From contig CP086569.2 in assembly GCA_009914755.4 (NCBI GenBank), positions 13,440,001-13,504,000 of the forward strand: a stretch of DNA of 64,000 bases, read 5' to 3'. The position numbers and the translations under genes are program-made. Source of the stretch: the human T2T-CHM13v2.0 reference genome, Homo sapiens. The first letter of the stretch is position 1, and each line of letters begins with the position of its first letter. The notes under the pieces are model-generated. The model worked only from the letters and a program-made list of their open reading frames with translations. It did not search any database and had not been told where the DNA came from. Shown here one piece after another: positions 17,730 to 30,000 of the stretch.

Positions 17730-18310
17730 GTTGGATGGATGGATGAGTGGATGAGTGGATGGATGGGAAGGTAAGTGATGGATGGATAGATGGAAGGGTT
17801 GGTAGGTGGATGGATGGATGGATGAATGGAAAAGTAAGTGGATGGACGGATGAATGGAAAAGTAAGTGGATAGATGGATGAATAGGTAAGTAGATGGATG
17901 GATATATAAAAGGGAGGGTAAGTGAGTTGGTGGGTGGATGGATGGATGGATGGATGGATGGGAGGGTAAGTGGATGGATGGGAAGGTAAGTGGTGGATGG
18001 ATTGATGGAAGGGTAAGTGGGTAGATGGATGCATGAATGGAAAAGTAAGTGGATGGATGGATGGATGGATGGATGAATAGGTAAGTGGGTGGATAGATAA
18101 GAGGGAAGGTAAATGAGTGAGTGGATGGATGGATGGATGGATGCATGGATGATGGATGGATGGATAGTGGATGGATGGATGGATGGATGGATACATGCAT
18201 GTGTAGATGGATGGAGGCATGGGAAGGTGGATGGATGGGGGAGTGAGAAGAAGGATGTAAGGATAAATAGGTGGATATATAACCAGATGGACTGGTGGCT
18301 GAATGGTAGA
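17730..18310. repeat. (GGAT)n/(TGGA)n simple-repeat block of about 580 bp with interspersed gagtgg and ggaaggtaagtg variants
   Basis: ggatggatggatg... pure repeat. It accounts for the 169-170 aa His/Pro/Ser/Ile-rich minus-strand ORFs at 17691-18220 and the Trp/Met/Asp/Gly + ORF at 18113-18331. Confidence 0.85.
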
Positions 18311-18724
18311 TACCAGCCAGACTTTCCTTGAGTCAGTCAGTCTTGATTTTGGTGAATAATCTTTCCATATTGGTACATTCTGTGTACTGAAATTTTATTT
18401 AGCATTTTAATTTACACACTAATAAGTGAAATGGGCTTCTCTTACTTGTCTGCACTAGCAAGGCATTTGGAATCAAGAAGACATAAATACCTCAAAATAA
18501 ATTTGGTAGCACAGATTTGTTTTTTGGTATGAGATTTTAGACCTTGTAGGAAAGTTTAGATGTAGCATATTTGTTCGTTGTTCCTCAAGTTCAAGAGGCC
18601 TTGGGTGAGGACTGGGTTCTGGGTGTCTCTGAAGACTGGTGCTGAAATGGGATCTGGAGGTGGTCCTTGGAGCTGTGGGTGCTGGCATTGTCTTCCTTCT
18701 CTCCCATCTTGCAGAGTGCAAACC

Positions 18725-18880
18725 ACTATGCTGGGCCAATTTTTGTATTTTTTGTTCAGACGAGGTCTTGCCATGTTACTCAAGCTGGTCTTGAACTCCT
18801 GGAAATATATTTCCAGCAATCCACCCACCTTAGCCTCCCAAAGTGCTGGGATTACAGGCGTGAGTCACCATGCCTAGCCC
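18725..18880 (-). mobile_element. Alu fragment (antisense)
   Basis: gccaatttttgtattttttgttcagacgaggtcttgccatgttactcaagctggtcttgaactcctgg...cttagcctcccaaagtgctgggattacaggcgtgagtcaccatgcctagcc. Confidence 0.6.
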
Positions 18881-19039
18881 TGTTTTTATGTCTTACTTGC
18901 AAATATGTTTTCCCCTTGCATTTATACCCATGGGGACTTTGGAAACCCAGAGCCAATATAGGCAGCTGCCTATTTGTTTACTTGTTAGTTTCATATCATG
19001 ACTCCACATTATTTAGAAGGAATAGTTTTCAGATAATAC

Positions 19040-19160
19040 TTTAGGGTTACAGGACCACTATGTTGCACAGGCTGGCCTTGCACTCCTGGCCTTGATCCTC
19101 TCACCTCAGCCTCCCAGAGTGCTGGGATTATAAGGGTGAGCCACAGGACCACATCCAGCC
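19040..19160 (-). mobile_element. Alu fragment (antisense), part of a local duplicated block
   Basis: ggccttgcactcctggccttgatcctctcacctcagcctcccagagtgctgggattataagggtgagccacaggaccacatccagcc. Together with ~85 bp of unique flank this is duplicated at 20290-20480. Confidence 0.55.
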
Positions 19161-19449
19161 AATGTGTTCATTTTTGAAGTTTGACTTAAGAGTCTCGTAG
19201 ATTCAGTATCTTATGTGGCTGTAGTCACTGTCCTTGCCATTAGTCTCAGGAGGAGAAGCTAGAGCAGGGAGGCAGATCCACAAAGCACTCACGCGGAGGG
19301 AGAAGCATGCAAAAGGATGGTGGAAGAGACCAATGCCCTGAGATGCCAGAGCTGAGGGAAGCTGAAAGGAAATGCAAAGGAAGATTTAACTCAGACATAT
19401 CAGTTCTAGACAGGGCAGGTAAGCAGTCTTCTACAAGCAAATTCATGTC

Positions 19450-19580
19450 ATTGAGCAGGGCACAGTGGAGCACGCCTCTAATCCCAGCACTTTGGGAGGC
19501 TGAGGTAGGAGGATCACTTGAGTCCAGGAGTTTGAGACCAGCTGGCAAAACCTAGCAAGATCCCATCTCTACAAAAAATA
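19450..19580 (+). mobile_element. Alu left-arm fragment (sense)
   Basis: gcagggcacagtggagcacgcctctaatcccagcactttgggaggctgaggtaggaggatcacttgagtccaggagtttgagaccagc...tctacaaaaaatacaa. Confidence 0.6.
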
Positions 19581-20129
19581 CAACAGTTGCTGCCTTGTGG
19601 TTCGGTGCCAACATACATAGCTGTACTCACACAGCTCCTTGATCCCTCATGTGACTCCCAGTCTGTGACCTGAGAGTTGCCTTTCCAGAAGAATCCAGCC
19701 CTGTCGAAAGCTGCCCTTTTGTTTCCCAGCTGCCCCATCCCTGGTGCCTACGCAAGAGCTCCCACTAGCCAGGTGCGCAGTCTGGAGCCCCTGTGCCCTC
19801 TCTTGGGGGAGAGACTCCTATAGTATGTGCTGATGTGGCAGCCCCCTCCTCTCTGGCTCTCCTCTTGCCTCCTTGTCAGCTGTATGCATTCTTCAAAGCT
19901 GCCACCTCTGGGTTGACCTTGGCTGACTTTGCATGTTATGGGATCCTTTCATGCTTTCACCTTTCTCCAGAGAGCTACCTGGATACAGAGATGTCCATTT
20001 TCCATGTTAGCATCTTCCAGCTTCCATTCCTGTTGACTGTGTCCAAGTCCAGTCCCCCTCCCAGGCTGGGCTGAGATAACACAGGCACCCACTCAGAATG
20101 CTGTACAGATACATAGATGGATTGATTGA

Positions 20130-20400
20130 TTCATTGACAGGGTCTCACTCTGTGGCCCAGGCTGGAGTGCAGTGGTGCAGTCATGGCTCTCTGCAGCCTT
20201 GACCTCCAAGCTCAGTCAATCTTTCCAGTAGCTGAGATCACAGGAGGACCCCAGCATGCCAGCAATTTTAAAAAAAGTTTTTGTAGACAGTGTCTTGCTA
20301 TACTGTGCAGGCAGGCCTCAAACTCTTGGCCTCAAGCAATCCTTTCCCCTTAGTCTCCCAGAGTGCTGGGATTACAAGGGTGAGCCACCACACCACACCC
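20130..20400 (-). mobile_element. Alu SINE (antisense)
   Basis: gacagggtctcactctgtggcccaggctggagtgcagtggtgcagtc...cttagtctcccagagtgctgggattacaagggtgagccaccacaccacacccaccc. Confidence 0.75.
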
Positions 20401-22505
20401 ACCCAATTAAAGTTTGACTTAAGAGTCCCATAGATTCAGTGTCTTATGTGGCTTTTAGGTCCTTGTAATTAGTCTCAGAAATCAAGTTAGCTCATCCGTT
20501 TTCTGAAGGCCCACACATTTGAAGTAAGAAAGGAAATAGTTCTGAGTCACATCCTTCTCAATATAAATAGAAAATGCATTCAAATATTTCCACAAATTTT
20601 GTGTCTTTTAAATCTGCACAAACCCAGAGAATTCCTAGAGAGGCTGCCAGAACTAATAGCACATGTCAGGTCTGCATTCCACCAGGCCAGCTGAGCAAAC
20701 CACATCAGGCCCCTTCATACCACACAGCTCACCACCACCTCACAGATGTATTTCTGCCTCAGGCTTTCTCACATGTGGCATTTGAAGCATGTCCTTGGGA
20801 ACATGTTTGTCCTCTCGGAAAGTTTAAATTTTTGTGTGTTCATTTCTGTGCTAGCTCTTAGAGTCTAAATCAAGATGTGGTGAATGGTGTGAATGACCAT
20901 GGCTGTGTGTCAGAGAGTCTCATTGACCACAGTGCTGACACAGTTTTCCTGGGTGGAAGAAAAGAGTGAGTTCAGGACTCCCCTGTGAACAGTATGCTCC
21001 ACGTGGATGAGGGACAGGACATCAGGGTGCCGTGCCAGCAGAGCTCTGTGTCTTGTTAGTCTAAACAAAAGTGATGGCTGAGATGAGTCCTTCTGTGATA
21101 CCCCAGAAATTGTGATAGCCGGGCCCAGAAGCAGCACCATTGCAGTGCCCAGGGCCACGAACATTGTGATTCATGTTCAGCAAAGCCACACCACCTGTCA
21201 TTAAACCTGAAGTTGGCTTTACAGTTTTGCTTGCATATAACATTGTTTTGCATTTTAAAGGAAACAGATTTTATACATAGGCATATTTAACAGTCTAATA
21301 AAAAATAATTGAATTCATATATTGTATGATACCATTTCCAGAATAGGTACATCTATAGATAGAAAGTAGATTAGTGGCTGCCAGGGGTTGAGTGGGACCA
21401 AGTGAGGCAGAGACTGCTCATGGACAGAGGGTTTCTTTCTAGAGTAATGGAAATCCTCTGGAATCAGATAGTGGTGACTGCTGTGAATATACTAAAAACT
21501 ACCGACCTGTGCTGTTTCAAAGGGCAAGTTTTATGATATACTAATTTTATCTTGGTTATAAAAAAAATCTCAACACTGGGAATCCACAAGAAAACTTTTT
21601 AATTTAAAATGGGTCTGTGCATTAAGTGGCTGTAGCTCAAAGGTCAACAGTGTTTGCAGAATATGAGATGATAAATATTTGTGGCTTAGAGGGACATAGC
21701 ATCCCTGCTGCAGCCACTCAGCTCTGCTGTGATACCATGAAACCAGACATGTGGTGACCAGGTTGCCCTCCCTACAGGCCTGCTTAGAGAACCCTGGCTA
21801 GATTCCAGCCCTTGATGGTCACCCCGGCAGGGAGCAGCATCCCTGCTACCCCACCAGACCCAACAGCCATGGGGGCCTTTCCCTTCTCCACATTTCTTCC
21901 TGCCCTTCCCTAAAGCAGGAAGTGAGACAAGGAAACATGTGAGTCAGATATGTGGATGTCTTCTGCAGAACTCATCTGGCCCCTTCCTTCAAGTCATTTG
22001 TTTCTTTCTGTGAGTTAGTCCTGCCCCCTGCTTACCAGAGACAGGTAGTTTTACTTGTAGGCTCCCTGAGCAGAATTGGAGTCAGTGTGACACAGATTGT
22101 GTCTTTGAATAGAAAGTCTCCACAATGCCATGCCCCTCTTAACTCTGTGTGTGTCCACTGTATGCACTAGATCTCCCTCCCAGCTCTCCTCCTCCCAAGC
22201 ATATCCCACACACTTCTCAAACTGCATCTCATCCTTCCTTAGATCACTTCCAGAATTGTCTGCAGAGTTGAGGTCTCATGGTTTGTGAGACAGTCTCAAG
22301 CAGCTCACCCATATCAAGTGGTGTCAGATGTGTCAGATTGGGGGGTTTAGGTCAGGGTCACCTGGAAACAAGTTTACTGGGGAGCAGAGCAGCTTTCTTC
22401 TCAGCTTGGAAGAATATGATAAACCATCCCTAGATTCACTGGTTTCAAGTCTAGGGAAGCAGATGGACTCAACAGAGGAAAGGATTGCATAACCATTGTT
22501 TTAGT

Positions 22506-22721
22506 CAGGGGTTAGCAAACTATGGTCCACAGCCCCCTGTCTGTTTTTGTAAATAAAATTTTATTGGCGTGCAGCCACATTCGTTTGCCCATGGACTGCC
22601 TGTGGCTGCTTCCTCTCTATAATGGCAGAGTTGAGTCGTCATTGCGGCAGATCAGATGGCTTTTACAGCTGAAACTATCTGCCATCTGATCCTTTACAAA
22701 AAGGTTTGCTTGCCGACCAGG
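22506..22721. mobile_element. MER1-like non-autonomous hAT DNA transposon (about 215 bp)
   Basis: caggggttagcaaactatggtccacagcc...gtttttgtaaataaaattttattgg..gcagccacattcgtttgcccat...ctgtggctgcttcctctctataatggcagagttgagtcgtcattgcggcagatcagatggcttttacagctgaaactatctgccatctgatcctttacaaaaaggtttgcttgccgaccagg. The terminal inverted repeats are caggggttagcaaac and gtttgcttgccgaccag, which are imperfect. A candidate 8-bp target-site duplication is gttttagt / ggcttagt. Confidence 0.5.
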
Positions 22722-23448
22722 CTTAGTGGAGGGATGTAAGGGATGGTCTTAACCTGAGTGTGCTTCCAGCACAGGGAGCATGGAACCCAGTGGCAGTCTG
22801 TCTAGATGTTTTCAGAGAGGCTTCTTTGTGGTATTTCATGATTATCTTGCAACATAATGTCCATCTCCCCATGTTTTTTTACTTTCCTAGTCTCTGGTTT
22901 GGTTAACTTGGTAAAGTTTGCTTTGTCCAAGTAGAGGGGGCTGTGGCTTGTTCACAGCCCAAGAATGCAGGAGCACGCAGGATGCTGTAACATCAGCTTC
23001 TCTTACTTATTAGTGATAATCTGGGTTAGGGAAGGTTGCCCTTGGACCACATGGGCATGCCTCCCAATTCATGGAAAGTGACTCATAAAAGTTTCACATT
23101 TCACCAAGACTGTCCAGGAGATGAGGAGGAAGTTCTTTCAGAACATAAGGGTACTAGGGTGGTGATTTCATTCTGTTCTTTTTTTATTTGTGGAATTTTT
23201 CAAGAACAAAAATGTTTTGTGTCAAATAAAAGCAGACTTGTATTCATTTTATTACAATGATTTTGATTTTAAAGTCTATACTGCACAATCTATGAAAAGA
23301 TTTGAGCATCTTGTAAGCCCTGATAATTATGCCTCACTCTAAGAAACATGGATATGTGGAACCAACATTGTAAACCTTAATATTATAATACTGTGTTTTC
23401 TGTTTAGAAGTAATTCAGGGAGAGTCTCCTTTAAGAATGGATTCCTAG

Positions 23449-23717
23449 GCCAGGTGCAATGCGTCATACCTGTAATCCAGTACTTTAGGAGGCTGAGAGG
23501 ATTGCTTGAGCCCAGGAGTTCGATACCAGCCTGGGCAACATAGTGAGACCCCATTTCTAAAAAAAAAAAATTAGCTGGGCAGTTACTTGGGAGGCTGGGT
23601 TGGGAGGATCAATTGAGCCCAGGAGGTCAAGGCTGTAGTGAACTGTGATGGTGCCATTGCACTCCAGCCTGGGTGACAGTGAGACCTTCTCTCAAAAAAA
23701 AAAAAAAAAAAAAAAAC
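23449..23717 (+). mobile_element. Alu SINE (sense)
   Basis: ggccaggtgcaatgcgtcatacctgtaatccagtactttaggaggctgag...gcactccagcctgggtgacagtgagaccttctctc followed by a long poly-A. Confidence 0.85.
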
Positions 23718-23719
23718 AA

Positions 23720-25160
23720 ATTTTAGCTCTAAGTTGACTGCAAGAACAAACCAGGAATCCTGAGAGGACCCACAGACCCTCTGAAGAAAACAGACTGCTT
23801 CTGCAGGAACTGGGAGACCCCCTGCAAAACTGTGAGCCCCACCTGCGGAAGTGGGAAATGGAGACCCTCGTCTCCCGGACATACACCCCCACTGAAGAAG
23901 CTGAAGGTGTGTTTGTGGGAAAAGTTTCCAAATTTACCTGGAGCTGGATCAATTTGGAGAGCCCAGTGAAACACACGGGTAGAGGAAGCAGCAGAAAGTC
24001 ACTGGGAGCTCACTGGGTCCCCAAGTAGCCCATTCCTGCCTGGCACCACAGGGCTCTCACAGGTGAAGAGCAGGGGGTAAAACTCCACAGAGAGAAATAA
24101 ATCTCTAGCTGAACTTTGTAACCATTTGAAGTGGGGTGAGAAGTCTCCTGGCCAGAACTCTGAGGAGGGTGCACATCTGGTGTGCAGACTCCACAGACAG
24201 GGGAAGAACCAAGCTTTTTCTTTCACAGCTGGGAGGAGGGTAGCCTGGGACAAGTTTTCAGGCTGGCCCATGTTGCTGTCCGCCTGGAAACATACTGGGG
24301 GATGTTGGTGTGGGCACAGTGGGGTTGAGTAGCTGAGTGAGACCTGTGACTGCTGCCTTTCCCCCACTTCCCTGATGACCTGCATGACTCAGCAGAGGCA
24401 ACCATAATCCAGCTAGGTACACAACTCCAGTGACCTGGGAATCCCACCCCCATCTCCCACAGCAGCCACAGCAAGATCCACCGAAGGAGAGTCTGAGCTC
24501 AGACATGGCTAGTCCTGCCCCCACCTCATGGTCCTTCCCTATCCACTCTAGTAGTGGAAGACAAAGGACATATAATCTTGGCAACTCTAGGGCCCCACCC
24601 ACTGCCAGTCCCTCTCCACACAATTACAGCAGATGCTTTCTAGAAAGTGCCACCTCCTGGCACCAGCACAAAAATAGAACATTAAACCACTGAAGCTAAG
24701 GACCCTCACAAAGTCCACTGCATCCCCCAGTGCTTCACTGGAGCAGGCACTGATATCCATGGCTGGGAGACCCATAGATGGTTCTGGTTCACATCACAGG
24801 ACTCTGTGCAGACAACCCCCAGTACCAGCCCAGAGCCAGGTAGACTTGCTGGGTGGCTAGACCCAGAAGAGAGAACAATCACTGCAGTTCAGCTCACAGG
24901 AAGCAGGAACAGGAGGAAAGTACTACATCAAGGGAACTCCCTGTGGGACAAAAAAATTTGAACAACAGCCTTCAGCAGACCTTCCCTCTAACAGAGCCTA
25001 CCCAAATGAGAAATAACCAGAAAACCAGCCCTAATAATATGACAAAACAAGGCTCTTTAACACCCACCAAAATCACACTAGTTCACCAGCAATGGATCCA
25101 AACCAAGAAGAAATCCCTGATTTACCTTAAAAAGAGTTTGGAGGTAAGTTATTAAGCTGA
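23720..25160 (+). mobile_element. older L1 (L1PB/L1MA-like) 5' UTR fragment plus ORF1 start
   Basis: L1 5'-UTR-like sequence runs into the ORF1 N-terminus ...MTKQGSLTPTKITLVHQQWIQTKKKSLIYLKKSLE, which resembles the old-L1 start MDPNQEEISELPEKEF. It ends abruptly at an antisense L1 ORF2 segment. Confidence 0.55.
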
Positions 25161-27009
25161 TCAGGGAGAGACAAGAGAAAGTTTGAAATCAGGTAGTATG
25201 ATGCCTCCAGATTTGTTCCAAATTGTTGCTTATCTTCCTTTGGCTATGCAGCCTGTTTTTTGGTTCCATATGAATTTTAGAATTGTTTTTTCTAATTCTA
25301 TGAAGAATGATATTTTGATTGGGGTTGCATTGGATTTGTGGACATCTTTTGGCAGTATAGTCATTTTTACAGTATTGATTCTACCCATCCATGAGCATGG
25401 GATGTGTTTCCATTTGTTCATTTCAGCTATGATTCTTTTAGCAGTGTTTTATAGCTTTTATCTTAGAGGTCTTTTGACTCCTTGGTAAGGTATACTCCTA
25501 AGTATTTTATTTTTTTGCAGCTGTTGTGAAAGTGGTTGAGTTCTGGATTTGATTCTTAGCTTGGTCACTGTTGTTATGTAGAAGAGCTACTGATTTGTGT
25601 ATATTAGTCTTGTATCTGGAAACTTTGCTGAATTCTCTTATCAGTTCTTGGAGCTTTCTGGACGAGTCCTTAGGATTGTCAAGGCTAACAGTCATATCAT
25701 CAGCAAACTGCGACAGTTTTACTTCTTCTTTACTAATCTGGATGCTGTTTATTTCTTTCTCCTGTCAGATTGCTCTGGCTTAGATTACCAGTGCCATGTT
25801 GAAGAGAAGTAGTGAGAGTGGACGTCCTTGTCTTGTTCCAGTTCTCGAGGAAATGCTTTCAGCTTTTCCCCATCTGGTATTCTGTTGGCTGTGGGTTTGT
25901 CATAGATGGGTTTTATTACACTGAGGTATGTCCTTTGTATGCCGATGTTTTTAATCATAAAGTGATGCTGATTTTGTCAAATGCTTTTTCTGCATCTATT
26001 GAAATGATCATGTGATTTTGTTTTTAATTCTGTTTATGTGGTGTATCGCATTTTTTGATGTGCATATGTCAAAACATCCCTGCATCCCTGGTATGAAACC
26101 CACTGATCATGATTATAGTGGATTATCTTTTTGATATGTTTTGGATTTGGTTACCTAGTATTTTGTTCAGGATTTTAGCATCTATCTTCCTTGAGGATAT
26201 TGGTCTGTAGTTTTCTTTCCTGGTTATGTCTTTTCCTGGTTTTGGGAAGCTGGCTTCACAGAATGAATCAGGGAGGGTTCCTTCTTTCTCTATCTTGTGG
26301 AGTAGTGTCAAAAGGATTGGTACCAATTCTTCTTTGAATGTCTGGTAGAAATCTGCTGTGACTCTCTCTGGTCCTGGACATTTTTGTTGGTAATTTTTAA
26401 ATTACCAATTCAATCTTGCTGCTTGTTACTGGTCTGTTCAGGGTATCTAATTCTTGATTTAAGCTAGGTGAGTTGTATTCTTCTAGGAATGTATCCATCT
26501 CTTCTAGGTTTCCTAGTTTATGTGCATAAAGGTGTTCATAGTAGCTTTGAATGATCTTTTGTATTTCAATGGTATGAGTTGCAATATCTCCAGTTTTATT
26601 TCTTATTGAGGTTATTTGGATTTTCTCTCGTCTTTTCTTGGTTAATCTTGTCAATGGTCTATCAATTTAGTTTATCTTTTCAAGAAACTAGCTTTTTGTT
26701 TCACTTGTAATTTTTTTTTTGTTTCAATTTCATTTAGTTCTGCTCTGATCTTGGGTTATTTCATTTCTTCTGCTAGGTTTGGGTTTGGTTGTTCTTGTTT
26801 CTCTAGTTATTTGATGTATAACCTTTGAGTGTCAGTTTATGCTCTTTCAGTCTTTTTGATGTAGGTATTTAGGGCTAAGAACTTTCCTCTTAGCGCTGCC
26901 TTAACTGTATTCCAGAGGTTTTGATAGGTGTCGTCACTGTTGTCATTCAGTTCGAAGAATGTTTTTAATTTCCATCTTGATTTTGTTTTTTACCCAGTGC
27001 TTATTCAGG
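25160..27009 (-). mobile_element. L1 ORF2 fragment (antisense, residues about 250-770), same element as 33171-34790
   Basis: Minus-strand ORFs read [99 protein letters not shown] and ...[31 protein letters not shown]. The high-coordinate end ...cccagtgcttattcaggggcaggttac is interrupted by the HERV-H LTR. The low-coordinate end lacks the ORF2 C-terminus, 3' UTR and poly-A. Confidence 0.75.
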
Positions 27010-30000
27010 GGCAGGTTACTGTCATGCAAGTCTGTGTGAAGAAACCACCAAACAGGCATTGTGTGAGCAATAAAGCTTTTTAATCACCTGGGTGTAGGCA
27101 GGCTGAATCTGAAAAGAGAGTCAGCGAAGGGAGATGGGTAGGGGCTGTTTTATAGGATTTGGGTAGGCAGTGGAAAATTACAGTCAAAGGGGGTTGTTCT
27201 CTGGCAGGCAGGGGTGGAGGTCACAAGGTGCTCAGTGGGGGAGCTTCTGAGCCAGGAGAAGGAATTTCACAAGATAATGTCATCAGTTAGGGCAGGAACC
27301 AGCCATTTTCACTTCTTATGTGATTCTTCACTTGCTTCAGGCCATCTGGATGTATATGTGCAGGTCACAGGGGATATGATGGCTTAGCTTGGGCTCAGAG
27401 GCCTGACCTTCCTGTCTTCTTACATTAATAAGAAAAATAAAACAAAATAGTGGTAAAGTGTTGGGGCGGCAAAAATTTTGGGAGGAGGTATGGAGAGATA
27501 ATGGGTGATGTTTCTCAGGGCTACTTCAAGGGGGATTAGGGGTGGTGTGGGAACCTAGAGTGGGAGAGATTAAGCTGAAGGAAGATTTTGTGGTAAGGGG
27601 TGATATTGTGGGGTTTTGTAAGAAGGAGCATTTCCTGTATAGAATGATTGGTGATGACCCGGATACAGTTTTGTATGAATTGAGAAACCAAACAGAAGAC
27701 ACAAGTTCCGAATAAGAGGAGAAAAACAGGTATTAAAGGACTAAGAATTGGGAGGACCCAGGACATCCAATTAGAGAATGCCCAAGGGTGTTCAGCATAA
27801 TTATTTGCTTGGTTGGTGAGTTTTGGGGCTCTATCCGTGAGTTTTTTTGTGTTGTCATACAGCAGGACAGATTGATTTAGGTTAAAACAACAATTTTCAT
27901 TTAAAAATACACAGAGTCCCCTTTTTTTAGCAGTGAGTAAGTCGAGGCCTCAGTGATTTTGGAGGAAAGAGAAATGCAAAGCCAGAAATTGTTTGCAAAA
28001 AGGATTAGAAATGGCTAGGAGAGAGTGAGTGAAATTGATAGTGTGGTGGAGATAGCTGGGGAGAGGTAGAGGGTGACATAAGAATGGGAACAAGAATAAA
28101 AGTAAGTATAAAAGTAAAGAATAGAACTTCATCAGGGTGAAAGTATTGGAGTGTACCCTGTCAGCAAACATTATTTATCCACTTTAAGAGTGACTTCAGG
28201 ATGGCGGTTTGAGGTAAAACCAGGAGATACCAGTTATGATGGTTTGAAGGAAAAGTGCAAACTGGCAGTGTAAACAAGGACAGGGTATTTATGAGTAGTC
28301 GAGAATGGTGAATAGGAGTATGACTAGACAGAAGATGGTAGGGATGACGACTTTTTGGGGTGCGGTTCAAGTTGGGCTGGTGTCTGGAATGAGACTGGGG
28401 CCTATGAAAAAGGAGCATCCATACAGGAGCTCAAATGGGCTGTACCTTGTAGCATTCTGAGGACAGGCCCAAATTCTGAGAAGGGCAAGTGGTAAAAGTA
28501 TTGTCCAGTCCTTTTTAAGTTGGAGGCTGAGCTTGGTGAGTTGTGTTTTTAAAAGACCATTAGTCTGTTTTACCTTTCCTGAAGATTGAGGATGATAAGG
28601 GGTATGAAGGTTCCACTGAATACCAAGAGCCTGAGAAACTGCTTGGGTGATTTGACTAATAAAGGCCAGTCCATTATCAGACTGTTTAGAGGTGGGAAGG
28701 CCAAACCAAGGAATTATATATGACAGAAGGGAAGAAATGACTGTGGTGGGCTTCTCAGACCCTGTGGGGAAAGGCGTCTGCTCATCCAGTGAAAGTGTCT
28801 ACCCAGATCCAGAGGTATTTTAGTTTCCTGACTCTGGGCATATGAGTAAAGTTAATTTCAGTGGGGCCATGAGGGACAGAAGTTGGAACACTAGCTGCTT
28901 CTTTAGCTACCTTATCAGCATATGTGTTGCCCTGAGCAATGGGATCTGATGCCTTTTGACAGCCCTTGCAGTGAATGACTCTAGCTTCCTTTGGAGTAAA
29001 GTGGCCTTGAGAAGAGTTTTCATTAGAAGAATAAATGATGGAGGACCCTTGCATAGTGAGGAAACCTCTTTCAGCCCATATAACAGCATGGTGGTGCAGG
29101 ATATGGAAGCATATTTAGAGTCAGCATAAATATTGATGCATAGTCCCTTTGCAAGAATGAGGGCCTGAGTTAAGGCAATGAATTCAGCTTGCTGAGAGGT
29201 AGTGGAGGAGGGCAGAGTTGTAGCCTCAATGATAGATGTGGAAGATACTATAGCATAGCCTGCCTTTGCTGGTGAGTGGCGATTAGGCCTGGTGGAACTG
29301 CCATTGATGAACCAAGTGTGATCAGGATGAGGAACAGGAAAGAAGGAAATATGGGGAAATTGAATGAATGTCAGGTGGATCAGAGAGATACAGTCATGGG
29401 GGTCAGGTGTGGTATCTGCAATAATGTGGGAAGCCGGATTGAAGTCCAGGCCAGGAACAATGGTAACTGTGGGAGACTCAGCAAAGGGTGAGTATAGCTG
29501 AAGGAGCCAGGGAGCAGAAAGTATATGCATCAGGTGTGAGGAAGAAAATTGAGTTTGGAAGTTATGAGAACTGTAGAGAGTGAGTGAGCATAGTTTGCGA
29601 TTTTGAGGGCCTCTAAAAGTACTAGGGCAGTGGCAGCCACTGCACAGAGACATGATGGCCAGGCTAAAACAGTAAGGTCAAGTTTTTTGGACAAAAAGTC
29701 TACAGGGTGCGGTCCCAGCTCTTGTGTAAGAATTCTAACCACACAGCCCTGCACTTTGGCTGTGTGTTATGAAAAAGGGTTGGAATGAGTTAGGGAGATC
29801 TAGTGTGGGAGCAGCTTCTAGGGCTTTTTATGGAATGGAAAGGAGTAGGGAAAGCATTTAAGATTTACGGGGTCAGCTAGGTTTCCTTTTGTGAGTTTAT
29901 ATAATGGTTTAGACAGGATGGCAAAACTAGGTATCCAAAGGTGAAAGTACCTAACTATGCCTAGGAAGGAAAGGAGTTGCTGTTTTTTAGAAGGGGTTGG

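Noticed and set aside
17691-18331. 169-170 aa minus-strand ORFs rich in HPSI and a + ORF rich in WMDG
   Set aside because: Pure translation of the (GGAT)n simple repeat in different frames.
28907-29653. 248-aa minus ORF
   Set aside because: It is the RNase H / C-terminal RT remnant of the HERV-H provirus (…HTWFINGSS…AEFIALTQAL…YADSKYA). It is retroelement-derived, not a host gene. It has no start codon context and the pol frame is broken on both sides.
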